Assembly (NCBI RefSeq): GCF_001729965.1
Contig: NZ_JRWK01000002.1
Span: 153,654 to 185,653, forward strand
Reading direction: 5' to 3'
Source of the DNA: Methanosphaera sp. WGK6
Lineage (GTDB): Archaea; Methanobacteriota; Methanobacteria; Methanobacteriales; Methanobacteriaceae
Length of the DNA: 32,000 nucleotides
The position numbers and the translations under genes are program-made. This document shows, one piece after another, positions 27,536 to 32,000 of this stretch. Every line of letters begins with the position of its first letter. Positions within the stretch are counted from its first letter, which is position 1. A model generated the notes under the pieces. That model saw only the letters and a program-made list of their open reading frames with translations. It was not told the origin of the DNA and did not search any database.

Positions 27536-27910
27536 TTAGAATGTGTTTTCAATAATTGTTTTAATAGATAAACTATCGTTTGTATCATTGGTTGTATTAT
27601 TGGTTATATTTGTATTATTTTTAGTAATATTCGTGTAATTTGTTGTATTTGTTGTATTATATGTAGTGATATTTGTTGTATGATTTGTACTTGAATTATT
27701 TGTTGAATTGTTTAGTGTTATATTTTTAGCTTCAAATGAGTTTTCTTTAATTACATTTAATGTATTCGATGGTTCTGTTAATGATGTTGGAATAATTTCT
27801 TTACTTATTGTTTCACCAATATGGTTCATTCCAAATACTGTTCCACTACTCATTGCTAGTAATGAGACTAATAATATGATTATAAGTCCACTTTTACTAC
27901 TATCATTCAT
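27536..27910 (-). CDS. Small secreted Asn/Thr-rich protein with a dense run of N-glycosylation sequons
   Basis: Signal-like N-terminus (SGLIIILLVSLLAMSSGTVFG), GGTGA RBS, and residues 63-113 composed almost entirely of overlapping N-x-S/T. Confidence 0.55.
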   Translation of the reverse strand: MNDSSKSGLIIILLVSLLAMSSGTVFGMNHIGETISKEIIPTSLTEPSNTLNVIKENSFEAKNITLNNSTNNSSTNHTTNITTYNTTNTTNYTNITKNNTNITNNTTNDTNDSLSIKTIIENTF

Positions 27911-27927
27911 AGTATCACCATTTTTTT

Positions 27928-29700
27928 TTATTCTACTGTTACAGATTTAGCTAGATTTTTTGGTTTATCAGGATCTATATTTTTCTCAATACTAATGTAA
28001 TATGACAATAATTGTAAATCAATTATATATAATAGTGGTGCTATTATTTCATCAATAATTGGGTTAAATAGTATTTTATCTTCTACATCATCAATTTGAG
28101 TATCATTACTTGCACCTAATATTATGATATCTGCACCACGTGCACGTATTTCCTGTAAATTATTATATGTTTTATTATAACTTGGACCTGGTGGTAATAT
28201 TCCAACTACAGGAATGTTATCATCAATCAGTGCTAAGGGACCATGTTTAAGTTCTCCTGCAGGATATCCTTCACCATGTATGTATGTAATCTCTTTAAGT
28301 TTCAATGCACCTTCTAATGCAGTAGGATAATTAAATCCTCTACCAATATAGAAGAAATCTTTTGCAAATTTATATTTTTTAGCAATTTCTTTTATTTGTT
28401 CTTCATGTGTTAATAATTCTTCAGATAAATCAGAGATTTCATCTAATTTATGTAATAATTCTTGATTTTCACCCATATGTGCTACTAATAAGTAGATGCA
28501 TATTAATTGACTAAGGTATGTTTTTGTTGCTGCTACACTTATTTCAGGTCCTGCTCTTGTATAAATAACATGATCAGCTTCTCTTGTAATTGAACTACCT
28601 ACTACATTTACTATGGCTAATGTTTCTGATTTTTCTTTAGCTACTTTCAATGCTTTTATAGTATCAGCAGTTTCTCCGGATTGTGTTATGAAAATAACTA
28701 ATGTATGGTCATCTAATGTTTTATTGAAGTATTCAAATTCTGATGCTAATATAACTTCTGTAGGTATACCAATTTGTGATTCAATAAGGTATTCTCCTAT
28801 GAGTGATGCATGATATGATGTTCCACATGCAACAAAGCAAATTCTATTAAATTTTTTGAATTTTTGAACAATTTCTTGTATTTTTTTAGATTCGGATAAT
28901 GTGTCTTTTATTACTTGTGGTTCTTCATATATTTCTTTTAGCATGAAATGTTCAAAACCGCCTTTTTCAGCCATTTCTGAATTCCATGTTATTGTTGTAA
29001 TTTCTTTTTTAATTGGATTTAAATCAAAGTCCATAATCTGAACATTATCTTGTTTTAATATTATGATTTCTTTGTCTTCAAGATAAATTACTTTATTTGT
29101 TTCATTTAATATTGCTGGAACATCGGATGCTAGATAATTTCCATTTTCACCAACACCTACAATTAAAGGACTTTCATTTCTAACTCCAATTATTTCATGT
29201 GGATTATCTTTTGAAATTATTGCTAAAGCATATGATCCTACTAATCTTTTTATTGTTGTCTGTACTGAAGTTAGAAAATCTTGTCCTTCCATCATGTATT
29301 TTTCTATTAGATGAGGTATAACTTCAGTATCAGTGTCTGATTTAAAGATATGTCCTTCTTTTATTAGTTCTTGACGTAGTTCTTTGTAATTTTCTATTAT
29401 ACCATTATGTACAACACTAATATTATTTTTACAATCACAATGTGGATGTGCATTTTCTTTTGTAGGATTTCCATGTGTTGCCCATCTTACATGAGCAATA
29501 CCTATATTTCCATCAATATCCTTAAGGTTTATTTCACTATCTACTTCATTTATTTTGCCACTGCCTTTTTTTAAGTTAATAGTGTCAGTAACTGTTGCAA
29601 TACCAATTGAATCATAACCTCTATATTCTAGTTTTTTTATTGAATCAATTATTGTTGGGGCAGCTTTTTTATTTAAAACACATCCGACTATTCCACACAT
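27928..29700 (-). CDS. glmS: Glutamine--fructose-6-phosphate aminotransferase (isomerising)
   Basis: MCGIVG N-terminal nucleophile, two SIS domains, C-terminal KSVTVE. AGGTGA RBS. Confidence 0.95.
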   Translation of the reverse strand: MCGIVGCVLNKKAAPTIIDSIKKLEYRGYDSIGIATVTDTINLKKGSGKINEVDSEINLKDIDGNIGIAHVRWATHGNPTKENAHPHCDCKNNISVVHNGIIENYKELRQELIKEGHIFKSDTDTEVIPHLIEKYMMEGQDFLTSVQTTIKRLVGSYALAIISKDNPHEIIGVRNESPLIVGVGENGNYLASDVPAILNETNKVIYLEDKEIIILKQDNVQIMDFDLNPIKKEITTITWNSEMAEKGGFEHFMLKEIYEEPQVIKDTLSESKKIQEIVQKFKKFNRICFVACGTSYHASLIGEYLIESQIGIPTEVILASEFEYFNKTLDDHTLVIFITQSGETADTIKALKVAKEKSETLAIVNVVGSSITREADHVIYTRAGPEISVAATKTYLSQLICIYLLVAHMGENQELLHKLDEISDLSEELLTHEEQIKEIAKKYKFAKDFFYIGRGFNYPTALEGALKLKEITYIHGEGYPAGELKHGPLALIDDNIPVVGILPPGPSYNKTYNNLQEIRARGADIIILGASNDTQIDDVEDKILFNPIIDEIIAPLLYIIDLQLLSYYISIEKNIDPDKPKNLAKSVTVE

Positions 29701-29904
29701 TATTTAATCACCTAAATTTCATTAAGTTATTAATTATATCCGTTATTTTTAAAGTAAGTTCTATTTATTTTACTCTATTATATATATAATATTTAATTCA
29801 TACATTATAATACTTATCATATACATATATAATATTATAGTATAGAATGAGGTCTAATTTTTTATTTTAATTAGATTAATTAAAAATATATTGTGGAATT
29901 TAAA

Positions 29905-30660
29905 ATGAGTGAGATAGTAAAAGAATTACTTTACACAGGAAAAGCAAAAGATGTTTATAAAACTGGAAATGAAGATGAAGTAATCATTAAATTCAGAGAT
30001 GATATTACTGCACTTGACGGTGGTAGAAAAGACACTTTAAGTAAAAAAGGTGAATATAATGCATTAATATCTGCTAAATTATTTGAAATATTGGAGGAAC
30101 ATGGAGTATCAACTCAATATATTCGATTAGTAGAACCTAATGAAATGTTAACAAAATCTCTTGAAATGATTCCTTTAGAAGTAATTTGTCGTAATATTGC
30201 AACAGGAAGTCTTCTTAGGAAATATCCATTTCATAAAAATCAAAGATTAGATCCTCCTGTAATACAATTTGATTATAAAAATGATGTTTATCATGATCCA
30301 ATGTTAAATGATAGTATTATTACAGCTTTAAAAATAGCAACACAGGAAGAATTAGATAAAATAAGAGAAATTACTCATGTTATTAACAAAGTCTTATATA
30401 AATTCTTAAATGAATGTGGTTTAATTCTAGTTGATTTTAAAATAGAATTTGGATTTGATAAAGAAGGTAATATTGTATTAGGTGATGAAATTAGTCCTGA
30501 TACAACAAGATTATGGGATATTGAAACTCATGATAACTTTGATAAAGATATCTTTAGAAAAGGAGAAAAAGGAGTAGTTGATGCTTATCATAGAGTAGTT
30601 GATTTAGTATTAACTGCAGAAGAAAAAGAAAAATGGAATGTTGAAAAGATTGAAATGTAA
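29905..30660 (+). CDS. purC: Phosphoribosylaminoimidazole-succinocarboxamide (SAICAR) synthase
   Basis: [25 protein letters not shown] motifs. I prefer ATG 29905 to the track's in-frame GTG 29893. Confidence 0.92.
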   Translation: MSEIVKELLYTGKAKDVYKTGNEDEVIIKFRDDITALDGGRKDTLSKKGEYNALISAKLFEILEEHGVSTQYIRLVEPNEMLTKSLEMIPLEVICRNIATGSLLRKYPFHKNQRLDPPVIQFDYKNDVYHDPMLNDSIITALKIATQEELDKIREITHVINKVLYKFLNECGLILVDFKIEFGFDKEGNIVLGDEISPDTTRLWDIETHDNFDKDIFRKGEKGVVDAYHRVVDLVLTAEEKEKWNVEKIEM

Positions 30661-30692
30661 TCTTTTAAATTATTAGTCAAGGAAGTTTTAAT

Positions 30693-30941
30693 ATGAATTT
30701 TAATGTAGAAGTAAAAACAAGTTTAAAAAAGGGTATGTTAAATCCAGAAGCATCTACAATTGAAAAAGCATTAGCTTTATTAAATTATGAAGTTAAAAAT
30801 ACACAAACAATTAATATTATTAAATTCACAATTGATGCTTCAGATAAAGAAGAAGCTCTCAAACAAGTTGATGAAATGTGTCAAAAATTATTATGTAATC
30901 CTGTGATACATGATTATGAAATAATTATTAGTGGGGAATAA
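30693..30941 (+). CDS. purS: FGAM synthase subunit PurS
   Basis: 82 aa; [21 protein letters not shown] and [12 protein letters not shown] match the PurS pattern. It lies immediately upstream of purQ. Confidence 0.9.
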   Translation: MNFNVEVKTSLKKGMLNPEASTIEKALALLNYEVKNTQTINIIKFTIDASDKEEALKQVDEMCQKLLCNPVIHDYEIIISGE

Positions 30942-30943
30942 TA

Positions 30944-31609
30944 TTGACTGATGTAAATGATGTTAATGTGGGTATAATTAGATTTCCTGGAACTAACTGT
31001 GATAGGGATATAGAATATGCAGTTAATCTTGTAGGTGCTAATTCACATTACATATATTGGAATGAAACTGATTTATCAAAAATGGATGTTGTTATAATAC
31101 CAGGTGGATTTTCTTATGGGGATTATCTTAGAGCTGGATCTATAGCAGGTATTACACCTATAATTAATGCAATTAAAACATTTGCTAAGGAAAATAATCC
31201 TGTTCTTGGTATATGTAATGGTGCACAAATATTAGGTGAAATTGATTTAGTTCCAGGAGTATTTATAGAAAATGAAAATGCAAAGTTCATTTGTAAAAGT
31301 AAACAACTTAAAGTAAATACTACAAGAACTCCTTTCACAAAATTATATAATAAAAATGATATTATAGAATTACCAATAGCTCATAAAGAAGGACGATATT
31401 TTACTGATAATCTTGAAGAATTATATGATGATGATCAAATTGTTTTAACTTTTGAAGATGAAAATCCTAATGGTTCTTTAGATAATATAACTGGGGTATG
31501 TAATAAAGAAGGAAATGTTGTTGCAGTAATGCCTCATCCGGAAAGAGCTGTTGAGAAATTATTACGTTCAGAAGATGGATTAAAATTCTTTGAAAGTTTT
31601 CTTGACTAA
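30944..31609 (+). CDS. purQ: FGAM synthase glutamine amidotransferase subunit PurQ
   Basis: [24 protein letters not shown], catalytic [15 protein letters not shown]. Start is TTG 30944; an in-frame GTG at 30968 is an alternative. Confidence 0.92.
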   Translation: MTDVNDVNVGIIRFPGTNCDRDIEYAVNLVGANSHYIYWNETDLSKMDVVIIPGGFSYGDYLRAGSIAGITPIINAIKTFAKENNPVLGICNGAQILGEIDLVPGVFIENENAKFICKSKQLKVNTTRTPFTKLYNKNDIIELPIAHKEGRYFTDNLEELYDDDQIVLTFEDENPNGSLDNITGVCNKEGNVVAVMPHPERAVEKLLRSEDGLKFFESFLD

Positions 31610-31654
31610 ATAATTTCTATCTATTAACTTTTTTTTTACACTTAATGTCCACCA

Positions 31655-31750
31655 AAAATAAATTCATTAATGTAAAATTTTCTTTATTTTACAATTGAAG
31701 TAATATCTACACTTATCAAAAGTTAATTTTTGAATTTTGATGAACATCAT
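31655..31750. repeat. Intergenic repeat element, copy B (copy A at 10788..10880)
   Basis: See copy A. The exact 14-mers are at 31678-31691 and 31716-31729. Confidence 0.45.
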
Positions 31751-31875
31751 CTTATTTTTTATAAATTAGATTTTTTTTAAAAAAACTCAATTTTATTTAT
31801 AATGAAATTTAATATATAGGTTTATTATAAATATTACTAGATAATCAAATAAAATTAAATATTGGAGTGAATATT

Positions 31876-32000
31876 ATGACAGTATACATGTTAGGAGCAG
31901 GTCCGGGAGATCCTGATTTAATAACTCTTAAAGCAATAAAAATATTAAAACAAGCAGAAGTAATATTATATGATAGTTTAGCAAATGATGCATTATTAGA
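31876..32000 (+). CDS. cobA: Tetrapyrrole (corrin/porphyrin) methylase, probably uroporphyrinogen-III C-methyltransferase (SUMT); the 3' end lies outside the window
   Basis: [37 protein letters not shown] is the GAGPGDP SAM-binding N-terminus, and the xLYDxL continuation is typical of SUMT. GGAGTGA RBS. It is absent from the ORF track because it runs off the window. Confidence 0.7.
   Translation, partial: MTVYMLGAGPGDPDLITLKAIKILKQAEVILYDSLANDALL

Noticed and set aside
27708-27950. 80-aa + strand ORF opposite the Asn/Thr-rich gene (and 29595..29789 opposite the glmS 5' end)
   Set aside because: It is antisense to ORFs that have good RBS and signal or catalytic motifs. The hydrophobic translation is a by-product of reading N/T codons in reverse.
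29701-29892. Looked for a glmS ribozyme or purine riboswitch in the divergent glmS/purC spacer
   Set aside because: The spacer is almost pure A/T, with no GC-supported helices. Those elements are bacterial and nothing resembling their conserved cores is present.

Overview
Very AT-rich archaeal chromosomal DNA. Gene content points to a pseudomurein-walled methanogen (Methanobacteriales); Methanosphaera or Methanobrevibacter is a guess from the extreme AT bias and an Asn/Thr-rich secreted protein. Most of the window is housekeeping: cobamide genes (cobQ 3' part, cbiJ, and the 5' end of a cobA-like SUMT gene), TrkA, three tRNA-Gly genes, NikR, a hydrogenase maturation protease, MBF1, PAN, carA and carB, glmS, and purC, purS and purQ. 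I saw no CRISPR array, transposase, integrase or prophage signal. The centre (about 6.9-16.3 kb) is a one-strand, dcw-like pseudomurein cluster. It holds a CarB-like ATP-grasp ligase, an MraY-like transferase and three Mur-ligase paralogues, followed by two uncharacterised exported proteins. Those two proteins are the best candidates for undescribed biology. One is a small N-terminally anchored protein with a POTRA/FtsQ-like sequence pattern. The other is a 418-aa exported, C-terminally anchored protein whose predicted mature N-terminus is a Thr, which is reminiscent of Ntn hydrolases. Other items worth a second look: a textbook box C/D sRNA downstream of pan, one guide of which is complementary to a tRNA-Met-type CUCAUA anticodon loop; a Cys4 insertion in one Mur ligase; a ~75-nt intergenic element present twice; tandem CoxE-type VWA paralogues with no AAA+ partner; an inverted repeat over the nikR promoter; and an unresolved start codon for the hydrogenase protease. 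All functional calls come from motif recognition by eye, with no database search.
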